In this document: piece by piece, positions 1 through 11,045 of the stretch
How positions within the stretch are numbered: the first letter of the stretch is position 1
How the letters are laid out: the number at the start of each line of letters is the position of its first letter
From: Octopus bimaculoides
Taxonomy: Eukaryota
Reading direction: 5' to 3'
NCBI RefSeq assembly: GCF_001194135.2
Contig: NC_068988.1
Coordinates: forward strand, 82,909,334-82,964,518
Length of the DNA stretch: 55,185 nt
The notes under the pieces: generated by a model
What the model saw: the letters and a program-made list of their open reading frames with translations, nothing else
Databases searched by the model: none
What the model was told of the DNA's origin: nothing
Position numbers and translations under genes: made by a program

Positions 1-194
1 ATATATATATATATATAAATGTTAGAGGTAATACTTGACAATTGTAAACACCAGTGTATGCCAGCTCGTGGTTGAGGTGAATGAATGTATAAGTATATGT
101 ATCTGGTGTCTCATACATTTTATGTGTTGTGTATGTGAGAGCATATATTTTGAGCATACCCCTATACCCCCTCCACTCCTCCTTCTAACCCTCA

Positions 195-1190
195 TACAAG
201 TGCCCTGATGTGTAAAATGCTAGCATTCAAAAATCCACAGGCATATTCATGCTCCTCTTGGACAGTTTTCTCCTCCAGAGACTCGCTTTCTCCATGTCCA
301 CATTGATCGGGTTGGACCATGGCCTGTCAGTCACGGTTTCTCCTACATATTGACATGCATCAATTGATTCTCTCGTTGGCCAGAGACCATTCCAATAGTG
401 GACATTTCTGCTGAGTCAGTTGCTCAAGCTTTTGTTTCTAACTGGATTGCTCACTTTGGCGTCTCAGCTAAAATAACCACTGATCAAGGACGCCAGTTCG
501 AGGCTTCCCTATTTCATGAATTATCATGAATCCCAGGCGTTCATCACATTCATACAACCAGCTACCACCCAGCCTCCAACGGGATGGTCGAACATTTTCA
601 TAGGCAACTGAAGGCCGCTCTATGCACCACTCTTGAACCACAGTCTTGGACAGAATTCCTGCCTATCGTTCTTCTTGGTTGTCGCATTGCTATTAAAGCA
701 GACTTAGGTTTCTCCTCTGCTGAACTCCTTTACGGTACCACCCTGGTACAATGTTAGTGCCAGACAACTCATCACCTCCAGATCTAACGTCATATGTCAC
801 CAGACTTCACTTATATTTCTCAAGTCTTCCACCCGTGCATCCACACGACCAGTCTATTCCTTCTCACGTTCCACCAGATATTAACAAATGAACTTATGTT
901 TTTGTTCGGGATGATTCTGTCAGAGGACCAGTTGTTTCTCCTTACAAAGGACCATATCGTGTCAGTCGACAGACTGAAAAAGGCATATTTTGAAGTTTCC
1001 ACGCCCTTCGATGACACTCCAGCCACATCCACTTTTGATCCTTTACAACCACCCTCACATGCACCTTTGACCACACCATCACCTACACCTCCACCTTTAT
1101 CGCCACAACCTAAGACAAACACACCTTATGTCACCAGGACAGGCCGCACTGTGCATTGGCCAAAAAATCTCACTAAAACTATTTATATCT
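195..1190 (+). mobile_element. Gypsy/Ty3 LTR retrotransposon integrase remnant (stops and frameshifts)
   Basis: Manual translation from 299: HIDRVGPWP..GFSYILTCIN*FSRWPETIP..ITTDQGRQFE..TTSYHPASNGMVEHFHRQLKAAL (rve DDE core). Downstream C-terminal motifs SPYKGPY / VSVDRLKKAY. Confidence 0.9.
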
Positions 1191-1442
1191 GACAATCTCT
1201 TTTGTGTTTCCTGTGACAGACAATTGCTTTCTTGTGTTATTGAACAGTTCCAATACTCTGCCATTGAACATTTTGTCAAATTTTGTACATGCCAATTTAT
1301 ATTTCTTGCAATTATTTTTCTATTTGATTTGTCACATTTTTGTACCATATCTTATCGGTTGCAATCAGTTACCATCTTTGCTCTTTCTTGTGCCTGCTCC
1401 AATTATTCTGTTTTCGCACTGCCATACTCAGGAGTGAGCCCT

Positions 1443-1721
1443 TGTAGTGACACAAGCAGTCAACACCATATTGGATGAGATCTCGTGGCAGCCATTGCCA
1501 TCTCCAAGACTGGAGCGAGACCTCACCTGCATCCATTTGCCATGCATGAGATCACGAGGCTCATGATGGCAAACTGGATATAAGGGCTCGGCAAACAAAT
1601 TCTATCTCTTCTTCACCACAAGTGCTTGCTGAACACACTTCGCTGGCTGGGTCTCCAGGCTAGCCCTGTCTGCATGTTGTATCTCCAGAGGCAATGGGCC
1701 CGCATTAACGAAGATACAACA
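1443..1721 (+). mobile_element. Probable 3' LTR of the Gypsy element
   Basis: Follows a degenerate purine-rich tract (ggagtgagccc), starts TGTAGT, ends TACAACA, contains TATAAGGG. The 5' LTR is not in the window. Confidence 0.55.
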
Positions 1722-1813
1722 AATGCACACAGCTTGAGATGGCATATTGAGAGCAACACACTTCACCTTCTGTGTAACTTGTAAATAAAACTGGTTGAGA
1801 ATTTGCATTTTAC

Positions 1814-1842
1814 TTAAGACTTCTTTCCTCGCCTGCTGGAGC
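1814..1842 (-). CDS. Candidate 29-nt coding exon of an unidentified divergent gene (APAGEERSL+AA)
   Basis: Minus strand acceptor tttgtgttgtttcag then GCT CCA GCA GGC GAG GAA AGA AGT CTT AA and donor gtaaaa. In frame with the ATG-terminated exon at 4954. No homology recognised. Confidence 0.35.
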
Positions 1843-4059
1843 CTGAAACAACACAAAGAACAATAATGAATGGGAGAAGGCGATATTCAATCGATATCGT
1901 GAACCTTGCCTCCCATTATAATGGTTTTGATAAACAGTTTGAAATTGGTTTGATATATACTATGTTTTGTTCTAAACGAGTCAGTAATTTTGAAGGTTCT
2001 AGGCATTGGTTGTTATATTTTGCACTTCAAAACATTCACTGAAGTGGTTGAGTTTATTATTAATTCATTTGGAGGAAGGATTAGCCATATTTGATAAATC
2101 TCTTATTCCATTTTCTTATATTCTCAAGAGAAGATGCTTTGGTCCTTGTATTTCCTCCTAGGCTTAAGTTTACCCTTATCTGTATCATTAATAGAATCCT
2201 TATATTTATAACACACTTGCCCAATTCCAGGCAAAATCAAAATCATCAATGTCCCCATTGTGACTTCATAGCAAAATTTATACCTGGACTGAAATTATAT
2301 TCACACATCCATTGCAAATAGATGCAGCTTCTTAGTGTTTTTTTTTTTTTGCTATTACTCTCTTTAAGTCCTCTCCTTTAAATACTCATTTATTGAAACT
2401 GATGGGTGCAACCATCATATCGATAATACATATAACTTCATTTTTAAGCTTCTTGTCCCCAGTTTTCTTGTTGCCTTATGTCTTGCTATATCATTAAACT
2501 GCATCCAGCAGTGGGACCCTGGTACTGGAGTTCCAGGGTTTGGAGGAATGTGTAACTACCTCTTTGCCACAATTGTTCCTATGCCTACTTTGACCTGAAG
2601 TAGTAGCACCTGACATAGTCCAAACTATGGGTTAATTACCAAGTCAGTAGGGCAAATGGAACACATTAGCCAGGGGGTAAAGCAACTCACCCAGTGGGAA
2701 GATAACCCTGCATCCAAACTGCCTTTGTCTTGCAGCCATAAACAGCCACATGAAAGGATTTGGGAGTAAACGCTGAGAAAAAACGTCAGTACCAGAGCCC
2801 CTGAGGCAATACAATGTTATTTACAACCTTGTTCTAGCAATGACACAGGTACCAAATTGTAATGACCATGCTGTTCTTTTGAATTCATCAGTGGTGTGGA
2901 GAGTAGGGGACAGGCGGCATGGTCAACAACCTGTTCTCAATATTATACTTCCTAGGCGTATACTTACTGGCGAGATAGACTGTTCTGCTACAAACAACAC
3001 TGATCCAATGGGGTGGATAACAAGGACCTTCATCTATGGTCATTGATGACAGATGGAAGCCAAAGACTTGTCACCCTTTACCATTGACTTGACTCCTAAA
3101 CATACTTCCCCAAGTCTTGTTTGCTTCACTTTCTTTCAGGATTGAACTACTTCCTTCAGCACATTCTTCTTCTAAAACTGGTTTCTTTAGATTCTTCAAT
3201 AAAAACAAAGCACTTTAATCTGTAAGCAAAAATTTTTTTTTTTTAAATAGAAAAATGTTGGCAAATTGAAATCTCTTTGGAAGTGATGAATAAACCCTTA
3301 AAATTTATACAGACAGACTGTATGTATATTGGAAAACAGGCAAATATATATAGGTGATAATGAAGAGCAATATATAGTCTTGTTAATCTGTCACTCTCTC
3401 AGAAATCAAGTTATGTTTAAATATATCTAGTAGCATCAACTTGTAACACTATCAGGTGTACTTATATATATAGCTGAATTTGAAACTGCACATGCCAGCA
3501 ATCACTTAACAACTGCACTATAAAGCAACTGTTGATGGAATTTGTAGCCATAACTGATATACCATTGACCTTAATGTCTGAGCGTAATGACCTATGTACT
3601 GTTCTCACACTATGGTTGTGTCTGCAGCTGTAGTGCTAATGTAACCAAGGTTACCAAATTAAATTCACAAAAACACCGAAGTTGCTGGAACAGAAGATGT
3701 AACTTAGCATCACAAGAAAATGGTACAAACTAACTTTATAGATGAGACAGAAATCTCTTTGCTATAGCTGGAATTCATGCTGATTCATGTAAATATGTGC
3801 TGTTAGGACAAGGGTGGACTAAGGTGGGACGGTGTCAATAGGAGTTATGATCTTTCTGATACAAAAATGTTTCAGTAAAAGGATTGTTTTCAACTGAAAA
3901 TTGTCTTTAAACATTTTTGTGATGTGGACTGGTCCTAAGATACAGAATACTGGAAACCAAATCACATTAAGTACTGACAGATTCCAACAGTCAAAATTTG
4001 ATTGTTAGTAAAGAATAAAAAGTTTTGAATGGTACAACAATGCACTATAATACAAAAAA

Positions 4060-4340
4060 TGGACTATATACTTGTAATTTAGTTATCTATAGTCCGATGA
4101 TATTTCGGAATACAATTCCTTCTTCAGATCTTCTTAGATGGAGTCTCTGCTATAAACTGTTTACTAACGGATTTTCTTTTTTTTTTTTTTTTTTTTNNNN
4201 NNNNNNNNNNNNNNNNNNNNNNNNNNNNNNNNNNNNCTCATGAGAAGTGCATGAGGTCGGCTATGTTTCAATCTCGTGTATGTTGGTATATCTGTAGCGC
4301 TGCTTCTAAGTTATGTGTAATACGTGCAGCTTCTCTTTTT
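4060..4340 (-). mobile_element. Probable Penelope-like element 3' end carrying a hammerhead motif
   Basis: CpG-containing repeat-like segment split by a gap. Inference rests mainly on the embedded minimal hammerhead. Confidence 0.4.
4094..4132 (-). ncRNA. Minimal type I hammerhead ribozyme motif
   Basis: Minus strand: AAGAU CUGAAGA A GGAAU-UGU-AUUCC GAAA UA UC AUCGG. Intact CUGANGA and GAAA, 5-bp stem II, palindromic loopless stem III (AUAU), AUC triplet, 3-bp stem I. Confidence 0.65.
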
Positions 4341-4953
4341 TTTTTTTTTTGTTTGTTATAAACAATACATGAGCATGTTATTAAGAATGAACCTACACAT
4401 TCTTATAATAATATAATAATATATTGATTACCAATTTCCAGCCTGTTGTTAATTTGGGGTCCTAGTCTGTGTTGATTTTGATAGTTCTGGTGTTGATTTT
4501 GATGCTTGTTAGACCTTAATTTGTATCACTCTTTTCTAGATCTAAATAGACCAGCATATCATTCCTCTGATCCAAATCAAGTTTCTAATTATCTCACCAC
4601 TTGATTTATTATTCAGAACTGATTAATGGATCATGCTCAACCAGTTCTGGCCTAATCTCTTCTTTCATTAATAATCCCAAAATTTTACAAATTATTTAAT
4701 CTTTTACAATTTCAAAATATAATCCAATTCATGAACCCTTTGAATCAACCAACATGTCTCTATAAACCTACTGATTTTTTAATTCTGCAGTAATAGTAAT
4801 CATGCCACAGATATTGCAGCAATAATCGATAAATTAATTTCATGAAGTTCAATAGTTCAGCATCTTTGGAAATCAAACATTACATTTCTTTCACAATTCA
4901 CAACAAATACAATAAAAAAAAAGGAGTTCTGAAGTGAAAAAAGGTCAGCTTAC

Positions 4954-5007
4954 CATGCTGACTGTAGATGATGGGACAAGTCTATTATTGTACGGAATAT
5001 TTAATGA
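4954..5007 (-). CDS. Candidate 54-nt exon (5'UTR plus initiator ATG) of a divergent gene
   Basis: Minus strand: ttcttttcttcag|TCATTAAATATTCCG...CAGTCAGCATG|gtaagc. Strong acceptor and donor, ATG as last three bases. Confidence 0.5.
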
Positions 5008-6444
5008 CTGAAGAAAAGAATTAATAATTTTTCATTCTCCGAGAAATTTTGAAAAATTTGCCTTTCATCCAACTGATATAACCACACTACTGACATACCA
5101 ATTGCCATCTAATCTGACAATCTGGTTATATACAAAAAGTTGAGGTTTTTAATGAAATAAGCAAAATCTCTAAAAGAAACCAGAAGATCCACATGAGATC
5201 CACTTACTTAAAACTTGATAATTATGTGGAGAATTGAAAAATGAATTCCTTCAAAAAATTTATGCAGAAAGTTTACAAAATTAAAATTTTACAGAACAGC
5301 AACAGCAACTTCATATAATCTTAGAAATCAAGAAAAGGCTTGGTGGTAGTTCTACCCAGTGTAATGTGGAGGAAATATATAGTGTCCTATTTCACAACAT
5401 CAGACATTCTTGTTGCCATTTTTGTATCTGGTGAAGCAGAGCATCTGGTTGTAAGATGGAGCACTGCAAAAGGTATACAGTTTAAAGCATAGCAGAACAG
5501 TTCTTCAAGAGGAAGAAGACCAGGTGCACTTCAGTCAGATGTACCTCAGTCAGATACACTTCACTGAAATGCAATCTGCTTGTGAGTGTTTTGAGCAAAT
5601 GCAGCTTAAATTCAATGGTTGATTCTACAGCAGGTCAAAAGATTAGTGAACCAAAAGGTGAGGACATCCTCTTTCAGAGTTAGCTGCACCTGCTGAAGTG
5701 TTGATTATTCCTGATAGTAGTGAAAAAACTGTCTGTGTTTAGTTAACATTTATGACGTTAGAGTTGGAAGAGTTAGTCTCAAATCTGTTTCTTGATAAAG
5801 CAGGGACTGTCAGTTAAGCTGGTCGTCTATCTAACAGTTGTAATACTTCAATGTGAAGAAACCAATTTCTGAGAAGATATGTGGGTACTAATATTATTCT
5901 GTGTGTGTGTGAACAATTTCTGACAACATATATGGGTACTAGTACAATGAAGAAGAACCAATTTCTGATAAAATACAAGCACCACTCTAGTGTGGAGGAA
6001 CATTTGTATATAGGGGCAGTTACTACTCATACCTGAAATAGCTTTTAGAAAGAGGCCTGGCCTTTGTGTTGCAGTTTGGGTTTGTTTGGGCAAACAGATT
6101 ATGTAAATTGGCATTTGTAAAGGTTTTAATTGTCTGTTTTTAACTATCAAAGAGAGAATAGTGTTGTAGGTGTGTATATCTCCTTGATGTGTGCAGAAAC
6201 CCTTTTTGATGCAGCTGAAAAAACTGTCAAGAAACTATTGGAAATACATTTTAAAAACTCTGTTCCTAAAAATAATGAATTACTTTCATGATTTCTCTTA
6301 AGTTGCATTTCAATGATGCTTATGTATAAAATACTATGCGGGAGTAAAAGGTGGTATCATCTGTAAGGGGTTTGGTTTGGTTTAGGAATGATATACATAC
6401 ACACACACTCATAATATATGTATATACATATTTACATGTGTGTG

Positions 6445-7406
6445 TATGAGGTGCATTTAAGAAGTTTTGAGACTTTTTGGGGAGAGTAAGTCATAACTGC
6501 CCTAGATTATAGTAATTTTTAATATATCATTATTATATATCTAATAAGCTGACTTGCCAACATTTGTTACTCCAGACTGAAGGAGCATTTTGAACATCAT
6601 TTTGAACACACTCTACTAAACACTACTTGTTATGGCTGACTTGCTTGCAGAAAGCAGTTGGGATGTGAAGACAATTTGGGATCTTGCTATGCAATAAAGT
6701 TTTGTGTTAAACTGGGCAAAAACACTGCAGAAACGTATGAAATGCTCCATACTGCTTATAGATTATCTTGTATGTATTGAGCATTGGTTTTTCACTAGCA
6801 CAAGAGGCTAGGCAAAGCAAATCTGCTGGAAAGCTCATGATGACACCCTTTTATGACGTCCACTAGGTTCCCTCAGGCCAGATAGTAAACAAAGAGTACT
6901 TCATGGAGGTTTCGAGGGCATTGAGGAAAAGATTTTATTGCAAAAGACTAGAGTGCCTACTCCAGAACAATGCACTACTCCACAGTTCTATCCTGATGAC
7001 CAACTACTTGATAGAGATGGGCATCAAAACTGTCCCTCAACCTCCCTACAGTCCAGATCTTTCTCCCTGTGACTTTTGATTGCTCTCCAAGTTGAAAGAG
7101 ATGAAGGAGGCTGTAACAAAGGTCCTGGACATTTTTCCCTTTGGAGGACTTCCATGGAGCATTCATAAAGCGGCTAGACCACTACAAGTGCAGTGAAATC
7201 AGAGGATCCTACTTACTGGAGTTCTGTACTTCTCTGAAATTAATAAATGCCTCTCCTGTAAAGAACTGGTAAACCTGGTTAGATCTACGCATGATGACAT
7301 CTCAGGACCCCTAACATGGGATGACCCCAGCTCCATTAAGCAAGAGCATGTAGCAAGCAAGCAAGCTCTCCTGTAAAAGAGTCTCAATACTTCTGGAATG
7401 CACCCT

Positions 7407-7409
<3 letters not shown>
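6445..7409 (+). mobile_element. Internally deleted mariner transposon
   Basis: TIRs tatgaggtgcatttaagaagttttgagac vs reverse complement tacagggtgcattccagaagtattgagac. Remnant translations AIKFCVKLGKNTAETYEMLHTAY and VPQPPYSPDLSPCDF*LLSKLK. Confidence 0.88.
7263..7365. mobile_element. 103-bp insertion with 12-bp flanking direct repeat (probable truncated retroposon)
   Basis: ctctcctgtaaa at 7251-7262 and 7366-7377. Insert ends in (GCAA)n. Confidence 0.55.
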
Positions 7410-7447
<38 letters not shown>

Positions 7448-7510
7448 CACGCACACACACACATGCATGCACACACACACACACATATATATATATATGA
7501 GATAGAGAGA
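7407..7510. repeat. (CA)n/(TA)n/(GA)n compound microsatellite
   Basis: Directly visible. Confidence 0.95.
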
Positions 7511-7825
7511 GAGCCTGATGGCTTAGGTTCATTTTACAAGTCTATGAAACTTGAAGCTGCATGGAGGCAAATCAAACTGTTATTAAAACAATATATGTAA
7601 CTCCTACTAAATGTGTTGAGTGCCACTTTCTTCCATTTGTACACTTACACACACACGCATAAATGTATATGTATTTTTTTCAATGTTTACAAATAATATG
7701 GAAAAAATAAATAAGTAGTTACCAGGGTAGCAAAAATTCATATAAGTACCAAGGATGTAACAGCCTACTTATAAAGGTAGAAATTCCAGGTTTTGGTGAA
7801 ATGTTTTTGTATAACATAGATAAAT

Positions 7826-7912
7826 AAATAAATAGAGTTAAACGCAGGTGTTATTCAAATCTTTATACTTCCAACATATGTTTCAAAGAAACAAATGTCG
7901 GAAGTATAAAGT
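7826..7912 (-). mobile_element. Probable Penelope pseudo-LTR piece, inverted relative to 9280-9345
   Basis: About 65 bp inverted match to 9280-9345. Contains GAAACAUAUGUUGGA (3' half of a hammerhead) on the minus strand. Confidence 0.55.
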
Positions 7913-7914
7913 TT

Positions 7915-8088
7915 GCAAGGATATAGATAGAATATTCCATTCCAAATCAAATTGTTTATTATGTTCTTTTAGAAACCAAATTAATTTACTAAGCCCTGTA
8001 TTGTTACATTTATTGATATGTCTAAATGTAGAGTAATGGTTAGATATTCTTTTGGACAACTGAGATGAAGAACTACCTATATAAAAAA
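7915..8088 (-). mobile_element. Penelope-like element GIY-YIG endonuclease fragment
   Basis: Stop-free frame FYIGSSSSQLSKRISNHYSTFRHINKCNNTGLSKLIWFLKEHNKQFDLEWNILSI, matching the YIG..R..NH..F..T.LS..IW.LK..W.IL pattern of PLE endonucleases. Confidence 0.72.
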
Positions 8089-8089
8089 G

Positions 8090-9277
8090 ATTCTAGTCCT
8101 TGCTTCTACACCTGAAACTTCTCCTCTAGTTCTGATAGTGACTCAGCAATTAGTGCAAGGTCATCAGCATAGAGGAGCTCCCAGGAGCAACCTGTCTTGA
8201 ATTCCTCTGTTATCGCCTGGAGGACTATGATAAATAGAAGGGAGCTGAGGACTGAACCTTGGTGGACCCCTACCTCTACCCAGAATTCTTCACTGTACTC
8301 GTTGCCAACCCTCACCTTACTAACAGCATCTCTGNNNNNNNNNNNNNNNNNNNNNNNNNNNNNNNNNNNNNNNNNNNNNNNNNNNNNNNNNNNNNNNNNN
8401 NNNNNNNNNNNNNNNNNNNNNNNNNNNNNNNNNNNNNNNNNNNNNNNNNNNNNNNNNNNNNNNNNNNNNNNNTAAGGGAGCGGGGGACCCTGTCAAAGGC
8501 TTTCTCCATATCAATGAAAGCCAGGTACAGAGGTTTATTTTTGGCTAGGTATTTCTCCTGCAGCTGTCTTACCAGAAATATAGCATCAGTGGTGCTTTTC
8601 CCTGGCACAAACCCAAACTGCATCTCATCTAAACTGACTCTCTCCCTAATTAGTTGGGCTATGACCCTCTCCGTGATTTTCATTACCTGATCTAACAACT
8701 TGATACCTCTGTAGTTATTTGTATTTAAAGCGTCACCTTTACCTTTGTAGCAGTTGACTATGATGCTGCTACACCAGTCTTTGGGTATGACTCCTTCGTA
8801 TATCACCTGGTTAACAATACAGGTGGCTAGGCTATAGCCGACACTGCCAGATATTTTGAGCATCACTGCAGTGATTCCTGATGGGCTGAGGGCTTTCCCT
8901 GTCTTCATACTCTTAATTGCTTTATTTACCATGGTATTGTCAACTCGGATAGCTGGTCTCTCTGTTGGGTCGACATTCGGCAGACTATCTTTCTCCCATT
9001 CATTCTCTTTATTGAGCAACCTTTCATAATGGCGTCTCCATACCTCTTTCTTTGCAGCCTCGTTTAGTGCAAGCGTACCATCATCCATGCGAACACATTT
9101 CTCTCCCACGACATCACGATTCTTTCTCACACACTGTCTTGCAACACGAAATACCTCTTGGTCCTCACGGCGCAAAACATTGGCAAATTTTTTATCTGCT
9201 TCCCCTCTGGCTAAATAAACCTGTCACTTAGCTTCCCTTCTGGCAGTCTGATACAATGTCGCTTAGCTTCCCTTCTG
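8090..9277 (-). mobile_element. RTE-clade LINE reverse transcriptase fragment
   Basis: ORFs 8312-9175 and 8106-8315: NNYRGIKLL, QFGFVPGKSTTDAIF, AFIDMEKAFDRVPR, GVHQGSVLS, LLYADDLAL. Truncated at both ends and spans a gap. Confidence 0.93.
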
Positions 9278-9676
9278 GTGTCGGAAGTATAAAGATTTGA
9301 ATAACACCTGCGTTTAACTTCATTTATTTATTTATCTATCTATCTATCTACCTATATATATACACATGTATATATCATAATCATTATTTAACATCTACTT
9401 TCCATGCTGGCATGGTTTGGTGAGGCAGAGGACTGCATCAAGCTACAACATCTGCTTTGTCATGGTTTCTAGACAGATGCCCTTCCTAATGCCAACCACT
9501 TAACAGAGTGTACTGGGTGATTTTTGCATGGTACTAGCATTGAGATTACATGCATACATATATGCAGACAGACAGACAAACATACATCTGTTTAGCATTA
9601 ACTGTTGGAAGAAAAGTTACTCAATACCATCATAGAAGTTTACAACTCTGAAATTTGTCTGAAGACTCTCTGTTCT

Positions 9677-10657
9677 TACAGGTGAAACTCAGTGTAATTA
9701 GAGACTGATTGAAGGGACACAGTAGGCATTCTGACTGCGTCCATATGTGGAATTTGTCCAACAACTGCAGGAAAAGTAATGGAAGATCCGAGCTTTGGAG
9801 TTACCATCATAAAGCTGAATGAGGACTTTGCAACCACTCATACAAGAGGCACAAGTGACAAATTCTGACAATCAAGGCCAGGGAGAACTGCCTGACGAAA
9901 GCAAAGAAGCTCTTGAACAAGCTGAGGCATCTTATTGAGCCAGTGATGATCTGGTTCTTCAGGACCAGTCGCATAACACCCAGAACAACAGGTAGTTTGT
10001 CTACAATCCATGTGATGTCCCTTGTATCATGAAAACCAGGTTCCTCCAAACGGTGATGGTCTTTGGGTGTGTCTCCCATGAAGGTGACATTATGTCACCT
10101 CATATCTTTGAACAGGACCTTATACTCAATTCAGATGGCTATGTGAAGCTGCTGGGGACTGTGGTCACACTCTGGCTGGAGAGGGTTGCTGCTGGAAAGC
10201 CATATATTTAGTAGCTGGATTCGGATCTTTGCCATACCTTCAGAAAGAGACAGAAGTAGTTATTGGAGAACTTCTACAACTTCACCAATCCCAATTTCAG
10301 GCCTCCTAAGCCCCCCACCCCACCCCAATTGTAATCCCATGGATTACTATGCGTGGGATGCGGTTGAGAAAGACACCAACAAGTCTGCTTGCAACACCAA
10401 GGCCGAGTAAATGGCCAAGATCAAGGAGGTGTTCAATGATCTTCCCAGAGACACAGTGAGGAAATGCTTGCAATATGTTCTGGAGTCATCTGGAGGCTGT
10501 AGTGAAAGTTGAGGGCAACTATTTCGAGTAAACTGTAATCTCCCAGCCATTATCTAGTTGATATTTTGTGATCTTTAAAAATATTTTAGTTTTTGGATGG
10601 GATATTGATTTCTTTACCTTTTATGCAAACTGTCAAATTTAACCTGAACTACCTGTA
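9677..10657 (+). mobile_element. Decayed Tc1/mariner transposon, maT (DD37D)-like
   Basis: QDQSHNTQNNR*..VMVFGCVSHEGDIMSP..NCNPMDYYAWDAVEK..HLEAVVKVEGNYFE*. Ends TACAGGT / ACCTGTA (TIR match is weak beyond 7 bp). Confidence 0.8.
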
Positions 10658-10774
10658 TGTATGTATGTGTGTGTATACATATATATAAATATAGACAGAC
10701 AGACATACAGATGGAAGAATGTGTGTGACATAACTACAGATATTTTGAAAGAATACAAAACAGAGAATCTTCTC

Positions 10775-11045
10775 TAATCATACTCTAAAATAGTAGGACA
10801 TGTCCGGTCAAGAGATGGGAGATAGATGGAACTCAGTGATGGGTAGCTTAGTTTGGAGATTCTCATACCAAAAGTTGTCAGATAGAGTTGCCACCGAGGA
10901 CAAAGGAACAACGTTGCTTTGCTGAAATTCACGTGTATGCGATCACTGATGAGCGACATAAGAGAGTAGTTCTTCAGTAGATCTGGCATTTGAGTAACTG
11001 TATTGATGATTACTGAGCAGGGAGAGAGACTCAAGATGAATGCGT
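10775..11045 (-). mobile_element. CR1/Jockey-like LINE RT fragment
   Basis: Alternative frame LLSNHQYSYSNARSTEELLSYVAHQ resembles the QYGFR..RST.DLL RT motif. The listed 86-aa ORF is an off-frame reading. Confidence 0.55.

Noticed and set aside
1602-1856. 84-aa ORF on the minus strand
   Set aside because: Half overlaps the antisense Gypsy LTR, and no recognisable domain is present.
2840-3220. Plus-strand reading frame with two adjacent TGA codons (possible readthrough or selenoprotein)
   Set aside because: No homology, no splice context and no SECIS-like structure seen. More likely the antisense of a decayed repeat.
5850-6060. PLYTNVP (Penelope RT-like) and three ~50-bp imperfect repeats
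   Set aside because: Single short motif followed by a stop, with no supporting RT motifs nearby.
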